Positions 35,061-43,836 are shown, numbered from the stretch's first letter. The stretch: 64,000 nucleotides of DNA from an uncultured Candidatus Saccharibacteria bacterium (GCA_937903325.1 CALCZR010000060.1:82404-146403); one strand, 5' to 3'. Translations and numbers: made by a program. Notes: generated from the letters alone by a model not told the origin.

Positions 35061-37860
35061 GATTTCCTCTATGTTGCATATATTTTAGCATAAGTACTAA
35101 CGATAACAACCCTAATAATCCAGACAATATGACGAAAATTATTGCATTATTGTTCATGTTATCTACATTGTTAAATTTTGCTTCACTATTATCATTGAGA
35201 TCAAAATCTTTGATATCGCCAGTATCTCCTCTTTTGCTAAATTCACTAGAATTTAAATCTCTGTCTACGAAGTTATCAATATTCGTATGAGTATTTACTA
35301 TCTTATCTGCCCACGGCGTCGGATTAGAGCCGATAGCAATCAAAGGGTAAGAGTCGGATACAGAACCATTCTTTCGCTGTAAACTAATTTCACTGCTCTC
35401 TGGAGACAAAACTTGATTATATTCAAAAAATACTATTTTTCCGCTGTTACTATCATCCTTAAATCCTATGTCATTATTAACTGCATAGGCATACCCGTGA
35501 GCTGGAACTACGCTACCTCCTGGAAATTTCTTAGTAAGTCCTCTTACGGACCAACCCGTTATATCAACTGCTTCGCTCGTAGGATTGTATAGCTCTATAT
35601 ATTGATAGCTACTATTACCGTTTGACCTTGATACTATCCCATTGATTTTTACATTAGCGTTAGCGTTTTGTACATTCGGAATAAGACCCCTGTTAACATA
35701 ATCAGTTAAAAACTTATCGCCCTGTTTATTTAAAGCATATTTTAGGATAAAAAACTTATTAGCAACTGAGTAAGGTTTATATGAATCATGCATATCGGGT
35801 AAGTCGGATAAAGCAATTCCACCGCCCGTAGCGCTATCTAACGCTCCCTGCAACACAAGTGGATCATCTGGGTTTAAACCAAGAATATTGGAGATGTAAT
35901 CTCTTGTTGGTTGAATCCTTTCCTCGTATTGTTGGGTATACCATTTCTGGCCGTCAAGCTCCGCAGCTGTTAATGCAGTAGTAATCTCTTCATCAGCCCA
36001 TCTCTGAATATCACCTGATCCATAAACTTCATCTACTAGAGTTCTGACTCTTCGCTTATACATACTTTGAAGTACTGGATCATCCCAAATAGCAGTAAAG
36101 ACATAACGTTGGCTGGTAAGGATATATGGCGCCGTATCATAGGGACTAATCATATCTCCGTAGCCTTGAGGTATACCATTTGGGCTGATATTAAAATTCA
36201 TACTTAAATCTAGGTCCCATGGTAGATATGACCAGCGTTCGCGACTTGAAGAATTATAGATACTAAAGAGGTTCGATTCAGAACTCCAATCATGGCTTCT
36301 GGAAACCGCTTCAGCCGCCATAAGGTTAATTGCGCTTGCAATGTCTACTTTGTTGATCAAGAAATTGCGTTTATCCTCTCCAGTTTTTGTGTCTAGTGCA
36401 TTCCTTAATCCCTCAATCCTAGATAGATCATCGTCATCTGGCTGAACTTTTTCATATTGATCTTCATAAATTTCGGCAGTTTTATAGTCCTGGTTTCTAT
36501 CTAGCCATTCTTTTTCATATTTTTCAGCTAACGTATATGCTCCTTCGAAGCTCCCATTTCTCTGTAATTGAACTTTTACAACTTGCGGGACAGGAAATCC
36601 GGCGAGTTTAAAAATCCTCCAGGAAAGTAGTGAAACAACATATCTATCATCTGCAAATTCTGAGTTAAGATGGAATTCACCTAGAGGAAAATCCAATATA
36701 CCAGGCATTTCTAGTGAATATCCTTTTGGAAGTTTAAATTTAAGTGGTTTTTTTGAGTAACTTCGTGACGACTCACCCTTTAATCGGACCTTGGTATTAT
36801 CGATAACTTCATTACCATAGGCTATAACTGCATAGTAATATGTGTCATCTTGATTGGGATTATGAATTAACGAGTTATAGTTGTCATCCGATATATACCA
36901 TTGCAATCGCGGCGTAGAACCTCCCTCTTGAGATATATCTCTGACGACATATCCTTTATAGCCAACAGTATCATCCGTACCCGGCAGGCTAACGTAACTG
37001 CTAGTGTTGCTTGCCGTAACCTTGTAGCGTACTAAACTACCGGCTGTTTGGGTGGGTATGTTAACTGAGAATATGTTGTCTCCTGCAGTTACGTCAGCTC
37101 CAGTGCCGTTGTCATTCATAGCTACAGTTACTTCCGTCTCAAACATAACTTTGTAGACAAGGTTAACTGTGGTCACGTTGCTGGCGCTTACAGTAATGGT
37201 TGGACTGTCAGTCGGTTGTATGGTTTCCAAGCTGCTGGTGTTGCTTGGAGTACTGAGGTTGGTAAGAATTGGTAGGTCAGCTGAAGTTAGGCTATTCTCG
37301 GTTCCAGGCGTGCCGTCATTGACAAGACTAGCTCCCCAGCTGGTTGCTTGGTTGTTGTCTAGGTTCGGTCCCTTGAGTTCTAGGGATGGTCCAGTGCCAT
37401 CAGGAGAGACTGGCCAAGGATTAGAGTCAGAGTAAGTCACAGTATCTATGAGGTTAGAGTTACTGTCTTTAAGTTCAAGCTTCTCTCCGCTGTTCTTAAG
37501 ACCTCCAGAGTAGACATGGGAGACGGTAATTCCATATGTAGCTAAGGATTGAGAGGTACTGGGGGACAAGACAAGGTAGCTGTTGCCAGTTATTGTAGTG
37601 CTGTTCGGAAAGCAGTAATCGATACCGTCAGTAAAGCACCAGCCACTGATGTCTTGGGCGTCGGGCGAGTTGTTGTATAGCTCTAGGAATTCGTCATTAC
37701 CGTCATCGGACAGGGGGTTATACATTAGTTCGTTGATGGTTATGTCGGTAGAGGCTGCCTGGACTCGTTTATTCAAAGGGCTTGATTCAAATAAACCAAA
37801 AATAGCTAAGAATATAGCCATAGTATATGTCAGTTTTTTATAAAGTCTCTTTGTTTTCAA
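35044..37860 (-). CDS. LTD-CotH-LTD protein (938 aa) with C-terminal TM anchor
   Basis: ITINELMYNP..DEFLELYNNSPDAQDISGWCF marks the N-terminal LTD. A CotH-like centre follows. YQYIELYNPTSEAVDITGWSV marks the second LTD. It is a paralog of 19962..22298 and overlaps the adhesin gene by 17 nt. Confidence 0.7.
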   Translation of the reverse strand: MKTKRLYKKLTYTMAIFLAIFGLFESSPLNKRVQAASTDITINELMYNPLSDDGNDEFLELYNNSPDAQDISGWCFTDGIDYCFPNSTTITGNSYLVLSPSTSQSLATYGITVSHVYSGGLKNSGEKLELKDSNSNLIDTVTYSDSNPWPVSPDGTGPSLELKGPNLDNNQATSWGASLVNDGTPGTENSLTSADLPILTNLSTPSNTSSLETIQPTDSPTITVSASNVTTVNLVYKVMFETEVTVAMNDNGTGADVTAGDNIFSVNIPTQTAGSLVRYKVTASNTSSYVSLPGTDDTVGYKGYVVRDISQEGGSTPRLQWYISDDNYNSLIHNPNQDDTYYYAVIAYGNEVIDNTKVRLKGESSRSYSKKPLKFKLPKGYSLEMPGILDFPLGEFHLNSEFADDRYVVSLLSWRIFKLAGFPVPQVVKVQLQRNGSFEGAYTLAEKYEKEWLDRNQDYKTAEIYEDQYEKVQPDDDDLSRIEGLRNALDTKTGEDKRNFLINKVDIASAINLMAAEAVSRSHDWSSESNLFSIYNSSSRERWSYLPWDLDLSMNFNISPNGIPQGYGDMISPYDTAPYILTSQRYVFTAIWDDPVLQSMYKRRVRTLVDEVYGSGDIQRWADEEITTALTAAELDGQKWYTQQYEERIQPTRDYISNILGLNPDDPLVLQGALDSATGGGIALSDLPDMHDSYKPYSVANKFFILKYALNKQGDKFLTDYVNRGLIPNVQNANANVKINGIVSRSNGNSSYQYIELYNPTSEAVDITGWSVRGLTKKFPGGSVVPAHGYAYAVNNDIGFKDDSNSGKIVFFEYNQVLSPESSEISLQRKNGSVSDSYPLIAIGSNPTPWADKIVNTHTNIDNFVDRDLNSSEFSKRGDTGDIKDFDLNDNSEAKFNNVDNMNNNAIIFVILSGLLGLLSLVLMLKYMQHRGNHDSRF

Positions 37861-37945
37861 TTGACAGTCATCCCTCGTGATCTTACTAGTGCTTAGTATA
37901 CCTTATGTCAAGGGTTGGACAAATGGTTTTAAATCTTGCTATAGA

Positions 37946-37975
37946 ACCTTGTCGCCTTAGCGACAAGGTGACTTG
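37946..37975 (-). terminator. Conserved hairpin immediately after the replication-relaxation-like gene, copy 2
   Basis: The minus strand reads CAAGTC ACCTTGTCGC-TAAG-GCGACAAGGT, a perfect 10-bp stem. The flank and stem are identical to copy 1 at 22392..22419 apart from one compensating change. Confidence 0.45.
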
Positions 37976-38803
37976 CTATTTCGGAGAAATATCAAGTTTA
38001 ATTAGCTCATCCTCGCCTACTTCATGCCATATTTTAGCGTTATTATCTATTGAAGCATGAAACTGTTTTAAAGTAGTTGTATAGAATTTAACAACCGCCT
38101 CAGAATAGCTTAACTTCTTAGCGATGAATTTATGTAATGTTTTCTGGGTACTATCTAGTTCGGTTAAGATCAGCACGCTTGGGTAGTCTCTGTCTGTATC
38201 CTGCCATTCATCTGAAGCACAGTGCTTCAGATAGCTAGTTATCTTACGTTTAACGAGCAGTACTTGAGCTAGGTCTTTGACGCATTCAAGATAATACTCT
38301 TTTGCTTTCTCTTGACTGTTCGGTTTAAGTAAAGCGTCAGGAAGCATTTCTGACAGATCCTCTTGTCCAGATAGCTCAATAGCCGTATAGATACTAAAAG
38401 TATCGGGGTAGAGCCTCCTAAGCGTATTGTAGAGCTTAAATATGTTTAGGGAATGATTGATAAAGTGTTGACTGGCTGTTTTATCCCTATAGAGCCTTTT
38501 TAGAACGCTGGGCTTAAAGATATCTAAATTTTTAAGGATATTAATACCTTTAGGTAATATGTAGTACTCAGCGTATCTTCGATCTATACGGTAACTACTA
38601 TCGTAATGACGTCCTATATATTCTTGGTCTAGTAATACTTTTAATCTATTACTATGAGTAGCTTGATACTTATGACCTTGAGCAGTCATGAGTAAGTCTA
38701 CAGTTAGATATCTAAATTTATACAGTAGTTTAAGTATTAGTAGCTGCTTACTATTTAGCGGTCTTCTGTATGCAGGTTGTTTAGGTGATTTAGTTGTAGT
38801 CAT
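37976..38803 (-). CDS. Replication-relaxation (Replic_Relax)-like protein
   Basis: It is a paralog of 22420..23250 and is alignable end to end. Confidence 0.5.
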   Translation of the reverse strand: MTTTKSPKQPAYRRPLNSKQLLILKLLYKFRYLTVDLLMTAQGHKYQATHSNRLKVLLDQEYIGRHYDSSYRIDRRYAEYYILPKGINILKNLDIFKPSVLKRLYRDKTASQHFINHSLNIFKLYNTLRRLYPDTFSIYTAIELSGQEDLSEMLPDALLKPNSQEKAKEYYLECVKDLAQVLLVKRKITSYLKHCASDEWQDTDRDYPSVLILTELDSTQKTLHKFIAKKLSYSEAVVKFYTTTLKQFHASIDNNAKIWHEVGEDELIKLDISPK

Positions 38804-38977
38804 GATAATTGTTCTTAGTTATGGATAGATTGAGTGGTTTAATTTTAAGGTTGATGAAGATTTATAGTGGGTATTATTGTTTGGAAGTCTAGCTCGTCAG
38901 TCATTGGTTGTTATTCTCCTTATAGAATATATAAAAATAAAGAGAATACCGACATACATTTTACAGGTTAAAGAACA

Positions 38978-39013
38978 ATATATAGACACTATACGGTACT
39001 AGTGTCTATATAT
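38978..39013. repeat. Perfect 14-bp inverted repeat with 8-nt spacer in the RepRelax/recombinase divergent intergenic region
   Basis: The sequence is ATATATAGACACTA-tacggtac-TAGTGTCTATATAT. The left arm and the flanking CCACAGGAA block are conserved at ~23360..23400 in the sister element. Confidence 0.7.
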
Positions 39014-39108
39014 CCACAGGAAAGTTTAAACTTTATAGAAAATATCACTTGAACTATTCTTTAAAGCATAGTAAACTATTCATATAAGAATAGTTATATG
39101 AGGGTATC

Positions 39109-39249
39109 ATGGCTAGAACAAAAGGATCAAAAAATCATACAGAACAACCTCCAAAAGAGGTACTAAATTCTGAAGAAGATAAGCTACAAATACTTGCCGA
39201 TATACTGTTCGATATTGTGTCCGAGGAGCTATCATGCAAGACCAATTAG
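39109..39249 (+). CDS. Conserved 46-aa acidic sORF overlapping the recombinase start
   Basis: It was hand-translated as MARTKGSKNHTEQPPKEVLNSEEDKLQILADILFDIVSEELSCKTN. It has the same length and arrangement as 23487..23627. Confidence 0.5.
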   Translation: MARTKGSKNHTEQPPKEVLNSEEDKLQILADILFDIVSEELSCKTN

Positions 39250-40946
39250 CAACCAAAAATGCGGTTGTTGCCATACGTGTTTCGACTACTAAGCAAGGCA
39301 CTGACGGCGATTCTCCAGAAGCTCAAAAAGAGCAAATAGAGCGCTTTGCTGAAACTAAAGGAATAGTAATAAAGAAGTACTTTGTATTTATGGAGTCAGC
39401 CTCTAAGGCCCAACAACCCATGCAAGAGGCTGTAGATTACTGTAAGAACCCTAAGAACAAAATAAACCTCTTTATTATTAAGTCGATTGATCGTTTTACT
39501 CGTGGAGGATCATTATCCTACGATTTACTTAAAAACCAATTAGACGCATGCAGAGTGAACTTAGTAGACATCTACGGCGTTATTAGCTCTACACAGGTCA
39601 ATACAATGGAACATCTAGGACTTGAATATAAATGGAGTATTTATTCGCCCAGTAAAAAGTCAGAAATATTAGAGGCCGAACGCTCAAAGGACGAACTACG
39701 AGATATCATGAGTCGCATGATCGGAGCCGAAGTCCGATATACCCGAATGGGCTACTGGATGCGTCGTCCACCGTATGGCTTTACAAGTGAAAAGGTTGAT
39801 ACCCAACACGGCAAGCGCACAATACTTATTCCACATCCAATTGAATCAAAATTCATGATAAAGATGTTTGAGCTTCGGGCAACCAGGCTACACACCGACA
39901 GAGAAATAGTCGATAAGATTAATGCAATGGGTTATCGATCCAGAGTTAAAAAACTATATAGCAAGACTAAAGGCCAGACCACTAGTCAGTCAGACGGAAC
40001 GCTTCTAAATGAGAGGCACTTGTGGCGCTTAATGCGTAGTCCTATTTATGCAGGTGTTAATGTCGAAAAATGGACAGATAATGAGCCCGTTAAATGCATG
40101 TTCGATGGATTAGTCTCATTAGAGCTATTTAATAAAGCTAATCGGGGCAAGCGTACTATCGTAGAGCACTCAAATAGTAAGATATCTATTTATGACACCA
40201 CTCCTCCCGAACACTTAACTAATAAGGGTAAAAGAAATATAGATTTCCCATACAAGAAGTTCGTCATGTGCCCACAGTGCAATAAACCTCTTCTTGGCAG
40301 TGCTTCTAGAGGTAAGAGTGGTAAATACTATCCTGCGTACCACTGCAATAAAAGAGGTCATAACTTTAGAGTTAGTAAACAAGACTTAGAAAACACAGTT
40401 AGTGACTTCATTAGCGATCTACATATATCTCCAGAGAAACTAGAAAAAGTCTTTGAAGCTATAGATATGTCTTGGGAGCGTGTCAACGCAGAATACAAGG
40501 CCAACATTAATAGTCTTGACGGGCGCATACAAGTACTCGAGGACGAGGTTAGGCTAACAGTCGGCAAACTTAAGGTTCTAAGCAGCGATACGGCAATTAA
40601 ATACATGGAGGAGGATCTAGTGAGACTAGAGAAAGAAATAGTAACTTTAAAACAAGATAAGGAAGCCATGAAAGTTAAAAAACCACTTGATATCAGCAAA
40701 GCTAAGGCTAGGGTTAAGTACTTCGTCGAACACCTCGATGAATTACTTAAACAACAGATTGATCCTATCAAAAAAGCACAGTTTTTCGGAGTAATATTCA
40801 ATAAGGTTCCGAACTACGAAGATATAAAAAGTCGAACACAAAAAACACCCCAATTTTCAGGGGTGAATTCGTTATTTACTCTCGCAAATATCAATAATTC
40901 TCATTTGGTGACCTCACGGAGAATCGAACTCCGATTGCCGGGATGA
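39234..40946 (+). CDS. Large serine recombinase (integrase); last 13 codons and stop lie inside tRNA-Glu
   Basis: The catalytic region is AVVAIRVSTTKQGTDGDSPEAQ and the zinc ribbon is CPQCNKPLLGSASRGKSGKYYPAYHCNKRGH. The C-terminal ..HLVTSRRIELRLPG* is encoded antisense to the tRNA 3' half. Confidence 0.9.
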   Translation: MQDQLATKNAVVAIRVSTTKQGTDGDSPEAQKEQIERFAETKGIVIKKYFVFMESASKAQQPMQEAVDYCKNPKNKINLFIIKSIDRFTRGGSLSYDLLKNQLDACRVNLVDIYGVISSTQVNTMEHLGLEYKWSIYSPSKKSEILEAERSKDELRDIMSRMIGAEVRYTRMGYWMRRPPYGFTSEKVDTQHGKRTILIPHPIESKFMIKMFELRATRLHTDREIVDKINAMGYRSRVKKLYSKTKGQTTSQSDGTLLNERHLWRLMRSPIYAGVNVEKWTDNEPVKCMFDGLVSLELFNKANRGKRTIVEHSNSKISIYDTTPPEHLTNKGKRNIDFPYKKFVMCPQCNKPLLGSASRGKSGKYYPAYHCNKRGHNFRVSKQDLENTVSDFISDLHISPEKLEKVFEAIDMSWERVNAEYKANINSLDGRIQVLEDEVRLTVGKLKVLSSDTAIKYMEEDLVRLEKEIVTLKQDKEAMKVKKPLDISKAKARVKYFVEHLDELLKQQIDPIKKAQFFGVIFNKVPNYEDIKSRTQKTPQFSGVNSLFTLANINNSHLVTSRRIELRLPG

Positions 40947-40980
40947 AAACCCGATTTCCTAACCGTTAGAAGATGAGGCC
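40906..40980 (-). tRNA. tRNA-Glu(TTC): tRNA-Glu (anticodon TTC), encoded CCA
   Basis: Minus-strand sequence: GGCCTCA TC TTCT AACGGTTA GGAA A TCGGG TTTTCAT CCCGG CAAT CGGAG TTCGATT CTCCG TGAGGTC A CCA. This folds into a 75-nt cloverleaf by hand. Confidence 0.9.
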
Positions 40981-41106
40981 ATGTAACCAATGTTTATGAA
41001 CCAATATTTATGGTTATTAGGGACCTGAAGATTATACCATAACAGATACAGTTTTGGAATACTCAGTAAACTTTAAGTAAGGTGTATATTTTATCCACAA
41101 GCATGA

Positions 41107-41135
41107 TTGACTCCCGTTGTACCCCGTGAGATACT
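41107..41135 (+). promoter_or_regulatory. Candidate promoter (TTGACT-17-GATACT) inside a duplicated 47-nt block
   Basis: The block 41101..41147 recurs at 43831..43877 with a few substitutions. In both cases it precedes a paralogous secreted-protein gene. Confidence 0.5.
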
Positions 41136-41176
41136 CTACTTAACAACAAGCATAAGCTGAAAAAGGATCAAAATTC

Positions 41177-43261
41177 ATGCCCCTCAGCAACCTTCTTAAT
41201 AAAATACCCAAGCCCGGGCAACTGGGCGCAAATCAAAACGGCCCACGGTCTATACAGAAAGGCAAAAGTTTCAACAAGAAACTAGCTGTTCGCGGAAGTC
41301 TCGTTATTGCATTAGTAGCGGGCTTTTTTGTTCTAACAAGCCACGCTGATACAAATTGTCGAGAACTTACCTTTGCGCCGTATAGTAGCGGGGAATGTGT
41401 CCAGAAATTGAAAGTAATGGTCAATAAGGTTAGCGGATCAAATCTAGATGTTAACAATCCAGGCTTTGATGGTGAACTTAACAACCAACTTATTCGCATG
41501 GAAGCTCTTGGAGCTTTCTTGCCACACCACTACAACAACCAGCAATGGGTATGGATGGGCGTATGGGACGTGACCAACCAGCACTACAATGAAGCTATAG
41601 ATAAAGACAATGCCGCAGCAGCAGCTGCAGCTGCGGCTGCAGCCCAGAAGGCAGCAGAGGAAGCTGCCGCACCGCCCGCACCCGCTCCAGCCGTTGTTCC
41701 GTGTCGTGAGCAGAACCTCACACCATTCTCAAGCGGCGACTGCGTGAAAGTCTTAAAGGCAGCCGTAAACTACATTAGTGGGTCGAATCTGGATCCAGGC
41801 AATCCCGGGTTTGACGGCAACCTTCACCAGCAACTACTTAACATGGATAAGTTTAATGCCTTCACTCCTTACCACTACACCGACAAAGTTACTCCTGAAA
41901 TCTTTGATAAAATCGTTGCTCTCGGCGAGGCAAAAGCTGCCGCACCAGCACCTGCGGCTGCAGCCGTAACCCCACCGCCAGCTCCTGTCACAAAGCCTTG
42001 TCGAGAACAGGATCTCACACCATTTAGCTCCGGCCCTTGTGTCCGAATCATTAAGGCAATGGTTAACTACATTAGTGGGTCCAAGCTAGATGAGAATAAT
42101 GAAGGATTTGACGGTACTCTTCACCAGCAACTCCTCAATGTAGATAAGTATGGAACTTTTAGCCCCAATCACTATACCGACAAAGTAACCACAGCAATCT
42201 ATGACTCTCTCGTTGCAGCAGTTGATGCAAAGAAATCAGCACCATCTGCACCTCCAGCAGTTCTGCCACCTAGCCCAGCCGCCGACCAGGACTGCGACAA
42301 TGCCGGGCTACAACTTGGATCCCACGGTAACTGTGTGCGCTACCTCCACGCAATGCTCAACCAAGCAGGAGCTACTCAAGTAAATAGCGGTATGGACACC
42401 TTCAACGACACGACGAGTATCGTCATTAAATTCGTCATGAACACCGGTGGTGTCAAGGGAGTCGAAAAAGGCTCATTCACCGGCGTCGTCACTAAACCGA
42501 TTTGGGATGGACTTGCTCAGCTCGCACGAGAGAAGCAAACAAAGCAGCCAAGCCTTCTTGAGACCGGGATTAAAGCCGTCACAACCAAGATTGGGATTGG
42601 GGTTAAGGACGCGGCAAACGGCTCGATAAGCTCAGAGCCAATCGCCTGTCCACACACACTAACTGATTACCAGAAATTGACTTCTAGCCAGAAAGAACGA
42701 ATCAGTAACAAGGCCGACTGCGCAACCTTCTGGATGAAGGTAGCGCTCCAACAAATAGGGGCTGTAACAGGCGCAGGCAACCAACCGGCATCTGGTGCAG
42801 GAAAGTTAGCCGGGACTACAGCGGCAACTAATGTTAGTACACAGACGGCACAAGCGGTACAGGCAGCGCAAGTAGCGGCGCAGACAATTGCTGCGACCAC
42901 ATCTGGAGACTATAACGCACTGGTCGGTCTTAAGAAGATCACAAAAGTAGCAACCTTCTACTCCGTAGTTATAGATCCGAATAACAAGGGTATGGTAGCT
43001 CGACCGGACTTGATGAATGAAACAGATATGCGGTATTGGGCAAAATCCAAACCTGAGCGATTAGTTGGCGGGTGCAGAATAGCCCTCTACCCAGGCTCAA
43101 ATAATGCAACTTTCTGGACCTATACCAATAACGCCTGTGTGACCCGAGAGAACAAAGCAACCACAGCGAAGGAGTTACGGGTATACACATTGGACGTAAC
43201 TACACTATTCAATGCAGTCGCCTCTCCTCGAGCAACAAACCTATCATACGGCACAAATTAA
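41177..43261 (+). CDS. Secreted protein with four peptidoglycan-binding-like modules separated by Ala/Pro linkers
   Basis: An N-terminal TM/signal is present. There are four modules of type C(R/D)..L.P(F/Y)SSG.CV..LK..VN.(V/I)SGS.LD..N.GFDG.L..QL.. The PG_binding-type call is made from the pattern only. Confidence 0.55.
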   Translation: MPLSNLLNKIPKPGQLGANQNGPRSIQKGKSFNKKLAVRGSLVIALVAGFFVLTSHADTNCRELTFAPYSSGECVQKLKVMVNKVSGSNLDVNNPGFDGELNNQLIRMEALGAFLPHHYNNQQWVWMGVWDVTNQHYNEAIDKDNAAAAAAAAAAAQKAAEEAAAPPAPAPAVVPCREQNLTPFSSGDCVKVLKAAVNYISGSNLDPGNPGFDGNLHQQLLNMDKFNAFTPYHYTDKVTPEIFDKIVALGEAKAAAPAPAAAAVTPPPAPVTKPCREQDLTPFSSGPCVRIIKAMVNYISGSKLDENNEGFDGTLHQQLLNVDKYGTFSPNHYTDKVTTAIYDSLVAAVDAKKSAPSAPPAVLPPSPAADQDCDNAGLQLGSHGNCVRYLHAMLNQAGATQVNSGMDTFNDTTSIVIKFVMNTGGVKGVEKGSFTGVVTKPIWDGLAQLAREKQTKQPSLLETGIKAVTTKIGIGVKDAANGSISSEPIACPHTLTDYQKLTSSQKERISNKADCATFWMKVALQQIGAVTGAGNQPASGAGKLAGTTAATNVSTQTAQAVQAAQVAAQTIAATTSGDYNALVGLKKITKVATFYSVVIDPNNKGMVARPDLMNETDMRYWAKSKPERLVGGCRIALYPGSNNATFWTYTNNACVTRENKATTAKELRVYTLDVTTLFNAVASPRATNLSYGTN

Positions 43262-43290
43262 TCTAGCATTCAACAGGGAGCAACCAAACA

Positions 43291-43749
43291 ATGAGTATCA
43301 CTATCAGTAAAAGAACCAGATCCATACTAATCTTGGCTATTGTGGCCGCTGCCCTGGCTGTCGGTGGCCGTCAGCTCTATGTCAACACCTGGGGGCCAGA
43401 AGCGCAAGTAAAGAGCGCCGTAGCAAAATTTGCTGCCGTCTCTTACAAGAAGGGCGTAAAACAAACCGAAATAGACGCCCTTGCCTCAAAAGCATTAAAG
43501 ACATCAGACGATTACAAGTTATTTGTTGAAAATACTAAACAAAATAGTGATGAGGACAAGGTCAAAGTTAAGACAAAAGCCATCGCCATCAATGACACGA
43601 CTAAATCTGCAGGTGTTACCGGGGAGTTCTTTATTGGCGACAATAAAGAAGCGATACCCTTCATTGCAAAACTCGTGAAAGAAGATGGAAAATGGAAAAC
43701 TGAAGTGTTTAATGTACAGCTTGTAGGAGATGAGACTGAAAGTCAGTAG
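43291..43749 (+). CDS. Membrane-anchored hypothetical protein (152 aa)
   Basis: It has an N-terminal TM helix and no family motif was recognised. Confidence 0.45.
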   Translation: MSITISKRTRSILILAIVAAALAVGGRQLYVNTWGPEAQVKSAVAKFAAVSYKKGVKQTEIDALASKALKTSDDYKLFVENTKQNSDEDKVKVKTKAIAINDTTKSAGVTGEFFIGDNKEAIPFIAKLVKEDGKWKTEVFNVQLVGDETESQ

Positions 43750-43836
43750 ATCTCTGTCGCACTCCAACCTGCAGGAAACTTAAACATTACAAAAAGAGCC
43801 TTCAGTAAGTCTTAAGTTTTCTGTGCATAGGCATGA

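Noticed and set aside
16493-40946. E1/E2 similarity as a recent tandem duplication or an assembly artefact.
   Set aside because: The paralogs differ extensively at the nucleotide level and in base composition. They also differ in domain content: the DUF11 repeats, the C-terminal anchor of CotH, and the presence of the giant gene. They are distinct, anciently related elements.
41600-41660. A GCA/GCT/GCG-rich tract that looks like a microsatellite or repeat array.
   Set aside because: It encodes an in-frame poly-Ala linker (AAAAAAAAAAQKAAEEAAAPPAPAPA) between domains of the secreted protein. It is not a CRISPR array or a non-coding repeat.
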